Positions 16,904 through 26,479 of a DNA stretch of 64,000 nt are shown here, piece after piece. The translations under genes and the position numbers were made by a program. How positions within the stretch are numbered: the first letter of the stretch is position 1; the number at the start of each line of letters is the position of its first letter. The notes beneath the pieces were generated by a model. The model had not been told where the DNA came from. It worked only from the letters and a program-made list of their open reading frames with translations, and searched no databases. This stretch comes from Pseudomonadales bacterium (lineage in GTDB: Bacteria > Pseudomonadota > Gammaproteobacteria > Pseudomonadales > DC-out160), in assembly GCA_019090455.1 (NCBI GenBank), contig JAHRWA010000026.1:1431-65430 (forward strand). The letters run 5' to 3'.

Positions 16904-16942
16904 GCAATGGCATATTCAATTTGAAATAGAATATGCCATTGC
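16904..16942 (-). other. Intercistronic 14-bp perfect hairpin (possible terminator or processing site)
   Basis: GCAATGGCATATTC (16904-16917) pairs with GAATATGCCATTGC (16929-16942). It is flanked by ACGCA...TGCGT and a smaller CCGT/ACGG hairpin. No U-tract on either strand. Confidence 0.35.
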
Positions 16943-17152
16943 TGCGTCTCAGTATTACTGGCGAGTGTTACTTGCGAATATTAGGTTGGTGTAGGCGTAG
17001 GTCGGATCATTCTTGGATGCTGATGAATCACCTGTATTGGGGGCAAACTCCATTAATAATCCGATCGCCTTCAATTTGATGGCTTACGATAATTCGCTTT
17101 TATCCTGTTTTACTCAAAGCATTTTAAATCTATACGTGTTTTAGATCTAGAC

Positions 17153-18337
17153 TTAAACGATTCGTTTTTTTCGAAGTTCAGCAATTTCGTTTCCACTATA
17201 TCCTAGAGTCAATAGGATTTCGTCTGTGTGTTCTCCTAATGTAGGGGGACGGCGTTTTATTTCACCTGGCGTTTCTGATAGTTTTATAGGCGGTGACGAC
17301 ATAGGAGCAGGCTTGCTTAACCCGGGAAAATCAGTGTACTGCAATAGGTTGGGAGCCTTGACCTGGGGGTGATCTAAACATTCTTGCGGGGTTAATATTT
17401 CGCCTGCCGGAAGTCTTGCTTTTTCTAATGCGGTTAGTACTTCTGCGTTGGATTTATCCTTGCACCAAGCCGCCATGATTTCACTAATGGCTTCGCCATT
17501 AATACCGCGGCCTAAGTCGTCTTTAAATCGTGGGTCTTCTAATAACTGGGGTTGATCTACCAGTGTCACCCAGCGCTCAAACAATCCTTGGCCTATGGCT
17601 TGCACAAATACCCAACCATCAGTGGTTTGAAAAGCATCGGAAGGTGATGCGTAAGGAGATCTGTTGCCCGTGGCCTCTCGATTGGATTGTAATACGGATT
17701 GTTCCATCAGGCTTGCATTGGCGACATTCACGGCGCTGGCAAGAAGGGAGCCTTCAACTATCTGACCTTTCCCTGTTTTATTCCGCTCTAATATGGCGAG
17801 GACTGTTCCGTATGCGCAGAGAATAGCGGTGGTAAAATCCACATAGGGGTTAAAGTTTTTCATGGGTCGATCGGGGAATCCACTTAAATGAAGGTTCCCC
17901 GAAATGGCTTGAGCAACGCCATCAAATCCGACTTTTTCTGAATAAGGTCCGATAGAGCCGAAGGCAGAACTGGTCGTCAAAATGATGTCACTTTTAATGG
18001 CTTTTAAACTTTCGTAATCGATGCCCATGGTTTTTAAAACGTTAACAGGTACGTTAGCGACGACGACATCTGCCGTTGCCACGAGTTTTTTCACGATTTC
18101 TCGGCCTTCTGGTTTGGTTGGGTTGAGGGTCATTCCTAATTTGTTGCGAGCATGTTGTAGGAATGCGGCACCCTCACCATTTTCCGTGATGGGAAATAAA
18201 AAGCGATCTTCGTTACCGTCAATTTTTTCAAGACGGATGACCTCTGCACCATAATCTGCAAGCAGGGCGGCGCAATGAGGGCCCGCAATGTACCGACCGA
18301 AATCTAAAACTCTTATCCCATCTAAAACGCCACTCAT
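17153..18337 (-). CDS. Family III CoA-transferase (CaiB/BaiF type)
   Basis: N-terminal GIRVLDFGRYIAGPHCAALLADYGAEVIRLE is the classic family III signature. Length is 394 aa. Confidence 0.85.
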   Translation of the reverse strand: MSGVLDGIRVLDFGRYIAGPHCAALLADYGAEVIRLEKIDGNEDRFLFPITENGEGAAFLQHARNKLGMTLNPTKPEGREIVKKLVATADVVVANVPVNVLKTMGIDYESLKAIKSDIILTTSSAFGSIGPYSEKVGFDGVAQAISGNLHLSGFPDRPMKNFNPYVDFTTAILCAYGTVLAILERNKTGKGQIVEGSLLASAVNVANASLMEQSVLQSNREATGNRSPYASPSDAFQTTDGWVFVQAIGQGLFERWVTLVDQPQLLEDPRFKDDLGRGINGEAISEIMAAWCKDKSNAEVLTALEKARLPAGEILTPQECLDHPQVKAPNLLQYTDFPGLSKPAPMSSPPIKLSETPGEIKRRPPTLGEHTDEILLTLGYSGNEIAELRKKRIV

Positions 18338-18385
18338 GCCTTAATTTCCTCATAAAAATTGATAGTGTAATGTTGTCGAGCCGAT

Positions 18386-19087
18386 TTACTTTTTCGTATA
18401 GGTAGTCATATAGGATGGTGGATATGTGATGGGCCTAAGTTGGAGTCCTGTGAATTTTTGCTCGATATCAAAGTCGGACATGATGTCTTTAAATCCGGCT
18501 GTTTTAGTTTTCAATGAGGTTTTATAGGGTGTAGGGTAAATTTTAACTTGCCCGCCGGGTTTTAATATTCGATGAAATTCACGGAAGATACTCTCTAATA
18601 CGGCCTCATCATTGATCCAGGCATAAATAAGAAAGCAAGATAAAATGAGGTCGGTGGATTCATCCTCAAAAGGTAGGTCATCCGCGAGAGTTGCAATGCC
18701 TTTTTCGAGCCCTTGAGCGTTGGGATCAATACTGCCGCTACCACCAATGATCATTACTTTGAATTTGTCGAATGGGCCAAACTTAAAGCCCTCTTCGAGT
18801 TTTGGATCCACACCATAAAAGTCGATATCGTTTTGGCGGCATACCTGGAACATGGATTCAGTAATGTAAGGCGTTAATCCGCATCCGATGTCGACGATTT
18901 TTTTCCCCTTTAGGGAATTCAGTACTTCAGTTTCAGATTTCGAATTAAAGAAGGTCTTCCTATAATAGGCAAACTTTCTGCCAGTACTGATGACGGGGAA
19001 GGCGAATTTTTCTTTCGCAGCGGTGATAAATAACATTACGATGTTAGTGAGAAATGCAAGGGTGGGGTTAAATACTGAATCAATCAT
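18386..19087 (-). CDS. Class I SAM-dependent methyltransferase
   Basis: SAM motif I is VDIGCGLTPY and post-I/motif II-like is DLILSCFLIYAW, followed by LKPGGQV. Confidence 0.65.
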   Translation of the reverse strand: MIDSVFNPTLAFLTNIVMLFITAAKEKFAFPVISTGRKFAYYRKTFFNSKSETEVLNSLKGKKIVDIGCGLTPYITESMFQVCRQNDIDFYGVDPKLEEGFKFGPFDKFKVMIIGGSGSIDPNAQGLEKGIATLADDLPFEDESTDLILSCFLIYAWINDEAVLESIFREFHRILKPGGQVKIYPTPYKTSLKTKTAGFKDIMSDFDIEQKFTGLQLRPITYPPSYMTTYTKK

Positions 19088-19627
19088 AACTTCGGCTCAA
19101 TAATTTAATTTGTGTCAGTTCATTTGTTTAAGGAGCTATTTTTGTTGAACTGGAGCGCACATGAGACTCAGTTTTTGACTGCTCTTGTTACCTGCCCATT
19201 TCGTTACCTGTCATTTTCGTCACCTATCACAAGTGACTTTTAGTGATGGAAGGCCCGTGTTTAAGGAAGGTTTGACGTCATGGCGGGTCTATAGTGCGGC
19301 TCGTCCTGATGTTTACAAAGTGATGTCCCTATACAAAACGTTAGAGGAGCTTAACCTACTTTATTGGGTGAGTCACGGGTTATCAGAATCAAGAAAAGGG
19401 GTGGCTGATGGTCCAAATTTAAAGGCTAATAATGTTAGAAATCACCCCCGTCATTATGTGACAAAATGGATAGTGAAAAAATAGGAACTGGCCGAGATCG
19501 ATAGGAACGGGTTGAGATAGAGGGGTATAGCAGTTAAAGTTCTCACGCATTCGTACTTGTCTAAAAAAGGTAGATGCTAAAGAGCTGGTATTTAGATAAG
19601 AGACTATTTTTTCGATCGGAGTTAGTA

Positions 19628-20788
19628 ATGGAATTTGAACTTACCCAAGAACAACAAATGATATACCAATACGGATCTCAATTGGCGAAGACTTATGACC
19701 GAAAGTATTGGATGGAGAAGGCCGAGAACCGAGAGTTTACTCATGAGATGTGGGACCAAATGGGGAAAGATGGTTTTCTGGGTATGATGGTTGATACTCA
19801 ATACGGTGGCGCAGGCTTGGGAATGATGGAGTTAGCACTGCTAATGGAGGGTATGTCGAATGAGGGCATTCCGTTGCTAATGTTAGTGGCGGGTCCAACG
19901 ATGTCGTTGGCACCGATATCGTCACATGGGACGGAAGAGCAAAAGCAAAAATACTTACCCGCCTGTTGTGCTGGCACCAAGCAATTTTGCTTTGCAATTA
20001 CTGAGGCTGATGCAGGTAGTAATTCAATGAAAATTACCACCATGGCGAAATCGAATGGCGAAGGTTATAAGTTGAGTGGGTCGAAGACATTTATTTCCGG
20101 TGCTGATGTTGCGGACTATGCTCTAGTCGTTGCTCGGACCACGGCATTCAAAGACGTAGATAAGAAAACGGATGGGTTCACTTTGTTTGTCGTCGATATG
20201 AAAGCGAAAGGTGTCGAGATACAGCCTATTGATATGAGCTTTGTGATGCCAGAGGTTCAGCATTCTGTTTTTTTTGATGAAGTGGAATTAGGTCCTGAAA
20301 ATGTTATTGGGGAAGTGGGTAAAGGTTTTAATATTTTATTCGATTGCCTGAATCCGGAAAGAGTCATTTTAGCCGCGATGTGTGTGGGTTTGGGCCGGTA
20401 TGCATTGGATAAGGCTGTTGATTACGCGTCTGAGCGTGAGGTTTTTAATGGTCCTATAGGCGCATATCAGGGGATCCAGCATCCTTTGGCAGATGCAAAA
20501 ACTAAAATCGAATTGGCGTCCTTGTTAATGCGTAAAGCGGCATGGGGGATTGATCAGGGATTTACGGAAGGTGGTGATGCCAATATGGCAAAATATGCGG
20601 CAGCTGAGGCAGGGATTGAAGCGGTTGATGCGGCTTTACAGGCTCATGGTGGTAATGGTTTTACGAAAGAGTACGGTATTTTCGATATGTATCCGTTTAT
20701 GAGGGTATTCCGCACAGCGCCGTTAAATCGCGAGGTAATTCTCAGTTATATCGGTTCACATGTGATGGGTTTGCCCAAGTCTTATTAA
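19628..20788 (+). CDS. Acyl-CoA dehydrogenase
   Basis: Track ORF is 19574..20788. An ATG at 19628 with GGAG 8 nt upstream gives MEFELTQEQQ. The sequences FAITEADAGSN, GSKTFISGA and QAHGGNGFTKEY are ACAD hallmarks. Confidence 0.9.
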   Translation: MEFELTQEQQMIYQYGSQLAKTYDRKYWMEKAENREFTHEMWDQMGKDGFLGMMVDTQYGGAGLGMMELALLMEGMSNEGIPLLMLVAGPTMSLAPISSHGTEEQKQKYLPACCAGTKQFCFAITEADAGSNSMKITTMAKSNGEGYKLSGSKTFISGADVADYALVVARTTAFKDVDKKTDGFTLFVVDMKAKGVEIQPIDMSFVMPEVQHSVFFDEVELGPENVIGEVGKGFNILFDCLNPERVILAAMCVGLGRYALDKAVDYASEREVFNGPIGAYQGIQHPLADAKTKIELASLLMRKAAWGIDQGFTEGGDANMAKYAAAEAGIEAVDAALQAHGGNGFTKEYGIFDMYPFMRVFRTAPLNREVILSYIGSHVMGLPKSY

Positions 20789-20805
20789 GTCTAATTAGAT
20801 TAGAT

Positions 20806-20866
20806 AAAAAGCCTCCGGTGATGGGATACGATCAATTGATCAATCCCATCACCGGAGGATTTTTTG
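20806..20866. terminator. Bidirectional rho-independent terminator between convergent genes
   Basis: 16-bp perfect stem: CCTCCGGTGATGGGAT (20812-20827) pairs with ATCCCATCACCGGAGG (20843-20858). It is flanked by an A-run on the left and TTTTTT on the right. Confidence 0.85.
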
Positions 20867-20877
20867 TATTAGCGTCT

Positions 20878-22125
20878 TTAAATTGGTGTACCAGAAGCTT
20901 GAATCCCATATTTCGCTATTAAAGGATTGGCATACATTGTTAATAGGTAGGACTGAAGGTGCTGGGAATATTGCTGCATACGAAGAGTGAATTCTGCAGC
21001 GTGCTCACTGAATTCCGTGGCATTTTTGCTTCGCCATTTTTGGAGGGCTAGTTGCGCTTTTTCTTGTATCTGTTTTATGTTTTCACTCTGAAGGCGATCA
21101 AGGAGAACGGATTTCAAATCCAATTGTTCAAATGCAATGAGATTTGAAACATGCAGGCGATAATTGCTAATGACCTGTCGATCAATCAGCTCTGCTACCT
21201 CTTCTGCATTTTCGTAATTCCCTTGTAAGGGTGTACCAAAGCTAACATGAACTTGTCCTTTGGGCTTGGTTATCCCATCAATAATGCTTTGGACATCTTC
21301 ACCATCTGCTTTTTCGTACTGGCCTTGTTCTGCTGTGGCTTGCAATTCTTTCGCTTTTAATAGATCACAGGGGTCAAACTCGTATGAGATGGATACGGGA
21401 ACGATATTGAGTTTTTTGACGGTATCGGAAAAACTAAGGCGCTGTTTTTTTCCAAACATGGTGAGCATTTTTATGATGGCAGGGTCGGTTTTATCGACTC
21501 CGTCTTTAGCTCGACCTTCTCTTTGTGCTATCCAGATGGAAGAATCTTGTTCTAACCGGTCGTTAATATAGTCTGACAAATGGGTAAAGGTTTTATACTT
21601 GTTCTTAATGCCTTGGACAGATCGTCGTACGGTAAAGCTTTTGTTGAGTCGCATTAGATCCGAGACTAATGGGTTTGCTAATAAGTTGTCGCCAATTGCA
21701 ATTTCTACCGTGTCTCGTCCTGCTTGATATAAAGCGAAATTGACCAAGGCAGGGTCCATGGCGATATCACGATGATTGCTAATGTACGTGTATCGTTGAC
21801 TAGGATCGAGCTGATCTACACCGCTAGTCGTAAAATCCGACGTGGTCTTATTCACGCTAATGCTAAGGTACTTCGCAAGGAGAACTTGGAAATCAGAAAT
21901 TGCATTAACGGATTTTAATTCGCGTTTTATTAACCATTTAACCAGAACAGAAAGGGGTATCTCCGCCCAGGGATAGATGTTAGGGAACTTGAGATGTAGC
22001 ATGGTGTGAGCTAAAGCCGGCTCGCTGAGTAGCTTGTCTATCACAGCTCGCACTTCATGGTCTCTATAGGGGCGAATGTCATCAAAATTGGTCATTTTTT
22101 TCCAACGTTTTAGTACGGACTTCAA
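20878..22125 (-). CDS. PlsC-family acyltransferase (lysophospholipid/glycerol-phosphate acyltransferase-like)
   Basis: H(X)4D catalytic box NHRDIAMDP, followed by FTVRR and EGRAKDG blocks typical of the family. An alternative start at M11 (22095) is possible. Confidence 0.75.
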   Translation of the reverse strand: MKSVLKRWKKMTNFDDIRPYRDHEVRAVIDKLLSEPALAHTMLHLKFPNIYPWAEIPLSVLVKWLIKRELKSVNAISDFQVLLAKYLSISVNKTTSDFTTSGVDQLDPSQRYTYISNHRDIAMDPALVNFALYQAGRDTVEIAIGDNLLANPLVSDLMRLNKSFTVRRSVQGIKNKYKTFTHLSDYINDRLEQDSSIWIAQREGRAKDGVDKTDPAIIKMLTMFGKKQRLSFSDTVKKLNIVPVSISYEFDPCDLLKAKELQATAEQGQYEKADGEDVQSIIDGITKPKGQVHVSFGTPLQGNYENAEEVAELIDRQVISNYRLHVSNLIAFEQLDLKSVLLDRLQSENIKQIQEKAQLALQKWRSKNATEFSEHAAEFTLRMQQYSQHLQSYLLTMYANPLIAKYGIQASGTPI

Positions 22126-22741
22126 AGAGTTGAGCGGTACAATTAATAGATACTAATGGGATCGAGTCTATTGATAGAACGAGCGGCTCGATTGTTTCAA
22201 GTGGCATTATAAGGGCTCGTTGTTAGCTAGAGTTGTCAGGCAATTCTGTAGGAATTTCATAGTCCAGATATTGGCATACAATCAATTTCCTAATTCTAGC
22301 GCATTCTTCTGAATTTGTTGAGATTATAACCGAAAAACAAGAGGGTAATGTTAGTTATATAGGGGATGACTTGTTTATGTCGCTGAATCCAGAGTTATTA
22401 AGTGCTTTTAGCTTACGTAATTAATGGATGGGTAGATTGAATTATGGGCGGTGTGGTTCAAATCTTCTAGCTCAAGGAAATTGAGACCCTACGAGGTTAG
22501 TTTGATTGTGAGCGTTAAATTTGCAACATCACTGTCCAGTAGCCTAACTTTAGTATCGCCATACTTGCCTTCGGTCTATTCCGTGGCCTTTGGTATATGT
22601 TGGTAATTAACCGGAGCAATAGTACATTAAAGCTCATTCAGGAATAGTGGTACCCTGACAATCAACGACTGCGTAGCCTAATAGAATGCAGGCTGCCCTC
22701 TGCTTATTTCGCTGGAAATGAAAGACTGGGAATCGAAGGAA

Positions 22742-24829
22742 ATGTCTCAATATACACAAGAAACGCATACTATCTCCGTAGAAACTGGATTAGGGGAAGA
22801 TGTTCTACTGCTTCAGTCTTTTTCTGGGGTGGAGGAGCTGTCAAGACTGTTTTCATTTGAACTCAGCTTTCTGTCTGAAAGGGATGATATAGAGGCAGAT
22901 GAGGTCGTCGGAAAGAGTATCAATGTTGTTATGAAAAGACAGGGGGGAGAGGAACCTCGGTACTTTAATGGCTTCGTTTCTCGATTTACGGCGCAGGGTG
23001 TGGGCGAACGCGGCATGCGAATTTATACTGCCACGATGGTGCCTTGGTTATGGTTTTTGACGAGAACGACGGATTGTAAGGTCGTTGCGCTAGAAAAAAA
23101 TGCAATCGATATCATAACGTCTATTTTCGATGAGTTTGGATTTAGTGATTATGAAGTATCACTTCATAATGCTTCTGCACAGGCGGTGCGAGAGCTTTGT
23201 ATTCAATATCGGGAGACGGCTTTTGATTTTGTTTCTCGCCTTATGGAAGAGGAGGGTATCTTTTATTTCTTTAGGCAGGAAAAGAATAAACACACATTAG
23301 TGCTCGCTGATTCAAAAGGGGCTTTTCAAAATTGCCCCGAAAACAGTGTCGAGTACTGCACGGGTGAGTTCCCTGAACCCCATATTTCCCATCTTGATCA
23401 TCACTATAATTTTGTCACCGGTAAGTGGGCACAATCTGACTATAATTTTGAAACCCCCACCACCAATTTAGAAACCAAGACAAACACGATTGTGAGTTTG
23501 CCTGGTATTAGCCAATATGAAAAATTTGATTATCCGGGGGAGTACGAGAGTAAATCGGAAGGCTCTGCTCTAACAAAAATAAGGATGGAGGAGAATGAGT
23601 CGGGCTATGATGAAGTAGAAGGTGAAAGTGATTGCAGAACATTTTATGCGGGAGGTAAGTTCACAATAAGTGAGCATCCTTTTAAATCTGAAAAGGGAAA
23701 GGCCTATACCATTGTTGAGATTAATCATTTAGCCATTGATGGTACTTACAGCGCCTCTCCGGAGGGAGAGCAGAGTTACGGGAACCGGTTTCGCTCAATA
23801 CCCGATAGCGTCGAATTTAGGCCGCAAAGAACAACGGATAAACCGCAAATACATGGCACTCAAACAGCGGTTGTTGTTGGTAAAGCGGGAGAAGAAATCG
23901 ATACTGATCAGTACGGTCGTATTAAAATTCAGTTCCATTGGGATCGTTACGGGCAGAAGGATGATAATAGTTCCTGCTGGGTAAGATTTGCTACGGGTTG
24001 GGCTGGAAAAAAATGGGGAATGATATCTATACCTCGAATCGGGCAAGAAGTTGTCGTCTCTTTTTTGGAGGGCGATCCCGATAGGCCGATTGTCATTGGT
24101 AGTGTCTATAATGCAACGCACATGCCCCCTTATGAACTGCCGGCGAATAAAACGCAAAGTGGCGTCAAGACACATAGCTCTAAAGATGGTGCTGTTTCCA
24201 ATTTTAATGAAATTCGTTTTGAAGATAAGCTTGGCTCTGAAGAACTTTTTGTCCAGGCCGAAAAAGATAACAATATAAATGTAAAGAATGACCAGAGTAC
24301 CGCAGTTGGAAGCGATCAATCTACTTCAGTGGGTAATAACCAGACTACTAGTGTAGGCAATAACCAAGCTGCCTCAGTTGGCGGTAATCGCAGTATGTCG
24401 GTAACAGGTAATCAAGACACGACTATATCGGGGAATAATGGATTAGCCGTGTCGAAAAATGATACTAGTTCAGTGGGTGGTAACCGTACCATGAGCGTCT
24501 CGGGTAATCACACAGAGAGCGTCGATAAGGATCAAGCCATTAGTATTGGTAAAGACTTGGCCCTGAATGTCGGCGGCACAGGGACTATTAGTGTCGCCAA
24601 AGATATGCAAGAGAGTTACGGAGCAAAACACACCCATACGGTAGAAAAAGAATTTGCCCTAAAAGCGAAGAAAATCTTAATTGACGCGGACGACGAGATT
24701 GTACTTAAAACGGGGTCAGCTAAGATCACGATGAAAAAGAATGGTGACATCACTATTGAAGGGAAAAATATTAAACTGAAAGGTTCAGGAAACATAGTGA
24801 TGAAAGGTAAAAAAATATTTCAAAACTAA
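22742..24829 (+). CDS. vgrG: Type VI secretion spike protein VgrG
   Basis: Track ORF is 22718..24829. An ATG at 22742 follows AAGGA. The N-terminus LSRLFSFELSF, then RYFNGFVSRF, IPRIGQEVVVSFLEGDPDRPIVIGSVYN and octapeptide-type VGxN repeats are canonical VgrG (gp27/gp5-like). Confidence 0.95.
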   Translation: MSQYTQETHTISVETGLGEDVLLLQSFSGVEELSRLFSFELSFLSERDDIEADEVVGKSINVVMKRQGGEEPRYFNGFVSRFTAQGVGERGMRIYTATMVPWLWFLTRTTDCKVVALEKNAIDIITSIFDEFGFSDYEVSLHNASAQAVRELCIQYRETAFDFVSRLMEEEGIFYFFRQEKNKHTLVLADSKGAFQNCPENSVEYCTGEFPEPHISHLDHHYNFVTGKWAQSDYNFETPTTNLETKTNTIVSLPGISQYEKFDYPGEYESKSEGSALTKIRMEENESGYDEVEGESDCRTFYAGGKFTISEHPFKSEKGKAYTIVEINHLAIDGTYSASPEGEQSYGNRFRSIPDSVEFRPQRTTDKPQIHGTQTAVVVGKAGEEIDTDQYGRIKIQFHWDRYGQKDDNSSCWVRFATGWAGKKWGMISIPRIGQEVVVSFLEGDPDRPIVIGSVYNATHMPPYELPANKTQSGVKTHSSKDGAVSNFNEIRFEDKLGSEELFVQAEKDNNINVKNDQSTAVGSDQSTSVGNNQTTSVGNNQAASVGGNRSMSVTGNQDTTISGNNGLAVSKNDTSSVGGNRTMSVSGNHTESVDKDQAISIGKDLALNVGGTGTISVAKDMQESYGAKHTHTVEKEFALKAKKILIDADDEIVLKTGSAKITMKKNGDITIEGKNIKLKGSGNIVMKGKKIFQN

Positions 24830-24845
24830 TATAGAAAAAAATACT

Positions 24846-25358
24846 ATGAGCAATGCGAATAAAGACCGAAAACTGAGTCAAAATGCTTCTAGCGAACGTG
24901 TGATTCATCCTGGTGAAATAATAATGGGTGTGATTCTAAGTGTTTCTGCGGAAGGTGTGTACGTTGATTATGACGGAAATCCTACCTCCGAAAAATTATT
25001 GGCTATTAGCACGATACCTATTGTAGAAAAACAGATTGGAAGAGAAGTGGCTTTGTTATTCAGCAATGGTGATTTGACTAAGCCAATCTTAATGGGTGTT
25101 GTCTTTAATGCGTTAGAGGAGGCTATCGTACAATCTGAGGAAGAGAGTGGGCTTCCCCTAGAACCTTTGAATAACATTGAAGTGAGTACAGGCGATGACA
25201 GAATGTTATTGGAAGCGAAAAAAGAAATCACCATTAAGTGTGGAAAATCCAGCATTACCTTGAAAGAAGATGGAAAAATTCTACTAAGAGGGACTTATTT
25301 ATCGAGTCGTTCTACTGGAGTCAATCGAATATTGGGTGGTTCGGTATTATTAAACTAA
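24846..25358 (+). CDS. DUF6484-like small protein with VgrG-tip-like C-terminus
   Basis: GVILSVSAEGVYVDYDG...EVALLFSNGDLTKPILMGVV resembles my recollection of DUF6484. The C-terminal AKKEITIKCGKSSITLKEDGKILLRG aligns with the VgrG C-terminus ADDEIVLKTGSAKITMKKNGDITIEG. Confidence 0.55.
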   Translation: MSNANKDRKLSQNASSERVIHPGEIIMGVILSVSAEGVYVDYDGNPTSEKLLAISTIPIVEKQIGREVALLFSNGDLTKPILMGVVFNALEEAIVQSEEESGLPLEPLNNIEVSTGDDRMLLEAKKEITIKCGKSSITLKEDGKILLRGTYLSSRSTGVNRILGGSVLLN

Positions 25359-25437
25359 CGATACTATGGTATTAGTGATGTTTAGGTATTTCCGATAGTC
25401 ATAATGAAATCACATTGATGATGCAACAATTGAATTT

Positions 25438-26478
25438 ATGTTACAGCTAAAAAATAATACGCCCTTCTCGCCTGCCCTATCTCTGTTTCCGAATGAGCAG
25501 GGTGTGGATACATTATATGTTGTGGTGAAATGCACTTTCGATATATTTCCTCTCGTTAAAGTCTCAGAAGTTCAGATTCCTCCCACGATAGAAGATAGTT
25601 TTTGGGGTGAGCCCATCAAAAATAGTATTAAGAATGCCTCAGAAATGCACGTAGGAAAAAGCACAACGGACATCATCTTGAATGGTCATGCTTACGCTCC
25701 TAATGAAAAAGGCGTAGATAAGCTAGACCTCTTTTTGTCAGTCGGCAATAACCAGCAAAGACTAAGTGTGATCGGTGATAGGCAATGGCATAAAGGAAAA
25801 GCTACCAAACCTATCCCGTTTGAAAAAGTAGCTTTGGTTTATGAAAATGCATACGGTGGCGAACATGTTAGCCATAAAAAGGACAGTAAGGGTGAATTAA
25901 GAGAAGTGGTGATTGGCGAAGTATGCAACCCCATAGGCAAGGGTTTTATTGGTAAGAGAGCAGGTGCGGATATTGATGGAATGCCCTTACCTAATCTTGA
26001 AGATCCTAGACAGTTAATTACGCGCCCACAACATAGTCCAGTTCCACTTTGTTTTGGCTATATAGCACCTTCGTGGCAGCCCCGCGTGCAATATGCCGGA
26101 ACTTACGATGAAAAGTGGAAAAAAAATAGGGCGCCTTACTTACCCTCTGATTTCAGCAAACGTTTTTTTAATATGGCCCATTCTTCGATGGTGAGTCGAC
26201 AGTTTTTGTTGGGTGGGGAGGCCGTTAGAATGGTGAATTCAAGCCTGCAGGGTGAAATTAATTTCAACTTACCAGCGTGTGCGATTGAGGCTAAAGTTGT
26301 ATTTGAGGACAGGGTAGAAATTCCACCGTTGGATTTGGAGACCGTACAATTAGAACCGGACCATAATCGATTTACATTGACTTGGAGAGGGAGAGTTACC
26401 TGCGATAAAGAAGCGCTAAGAATAAAGCAAGTGGACATTGATTTATTAAGTACGTCTTTACAGCAGGTAGTCGCATAG
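25438..26478 (+). CDS. DUF2169-family T6SS adaptor-like protein
   Basis: The N-terminus LKNNTPFSPALSLFPNEQGVDTLYVVVKCTFD is the typical DUF2169 start. It sits immediately downstream of vgrG, as DUF2169 genes usually do. Confidence 0.8.
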   Translation: MLQLKNNTPFSPALSLFPNEQGVDTLYVVVKCTFDIFPLVKVSEVQIPPTIEDSFWGEPIKNSIKNASEMHVGKSTTDIILNGHAYAPNEKGVDKLDLFLSVGNNQQRLSVIGDRQWHKGKATKPIPFEKVALVYENAYGGEHVSHKKDSKGELREVVIGEVCNPIGKGFIGKRAGADIDGMPLPNLEDPRQLITRPQHSPVPLCFGYIAPSWQPRVQYAGTYDEKWKKNRAPYLPSDFSKRFFNMAHSSMVSRQFLLGGEAVRMVNSSLQGEINFNLPACAIEAKVVFEDRVEIPPLDLETVQLEPDHNRFTLTWRGRVTCDKEALRIKQVDIDLLSTSLQQVVA

Positions 26479-26479
26479 C

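Noticed and set aside
19185-19484. 99-aa ORF in the gap between the methyltransferase and acyl-CoA dehydrogenase genes
   Set aside because: It has a non-ATG start, no RBS and no recognisable motif. It lies in a divergent promoter region. Left unannotated.
22126-22741. Sigma54-type or other specific promoter upstream of vgrG
   Set aside because: TGGCA-containing strings are present (for example tggcattataagggc and ttggcatacaatc), but none has the TGGCAC-N5-TTGC spacing. I could not support any promoter call in this roughly 600-bp gap.
23795-24319. Antisense or overlapping ORFs inside long genes (for example 22813..23016, 23795..24319, 28186..28710, 6129..6578, 16101..16421, 44487..44795, 45114..45515, 49662..49976, 57490..57999, 62879..63259)
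   Set aside because: These are shadow frames of well-supported genes on the opposite strand or in another frame. Their composition is low-complexity or Arg/Ser-rich, and they have no independent motif support.
24290-24620. Periodic DNA in the 3-prime part of vgrG
   Set aside because: It encodes the expected octapeptide-type VGxNxxxS beta-helix repeats of VgrG. It is not a separate non-coding repeat.
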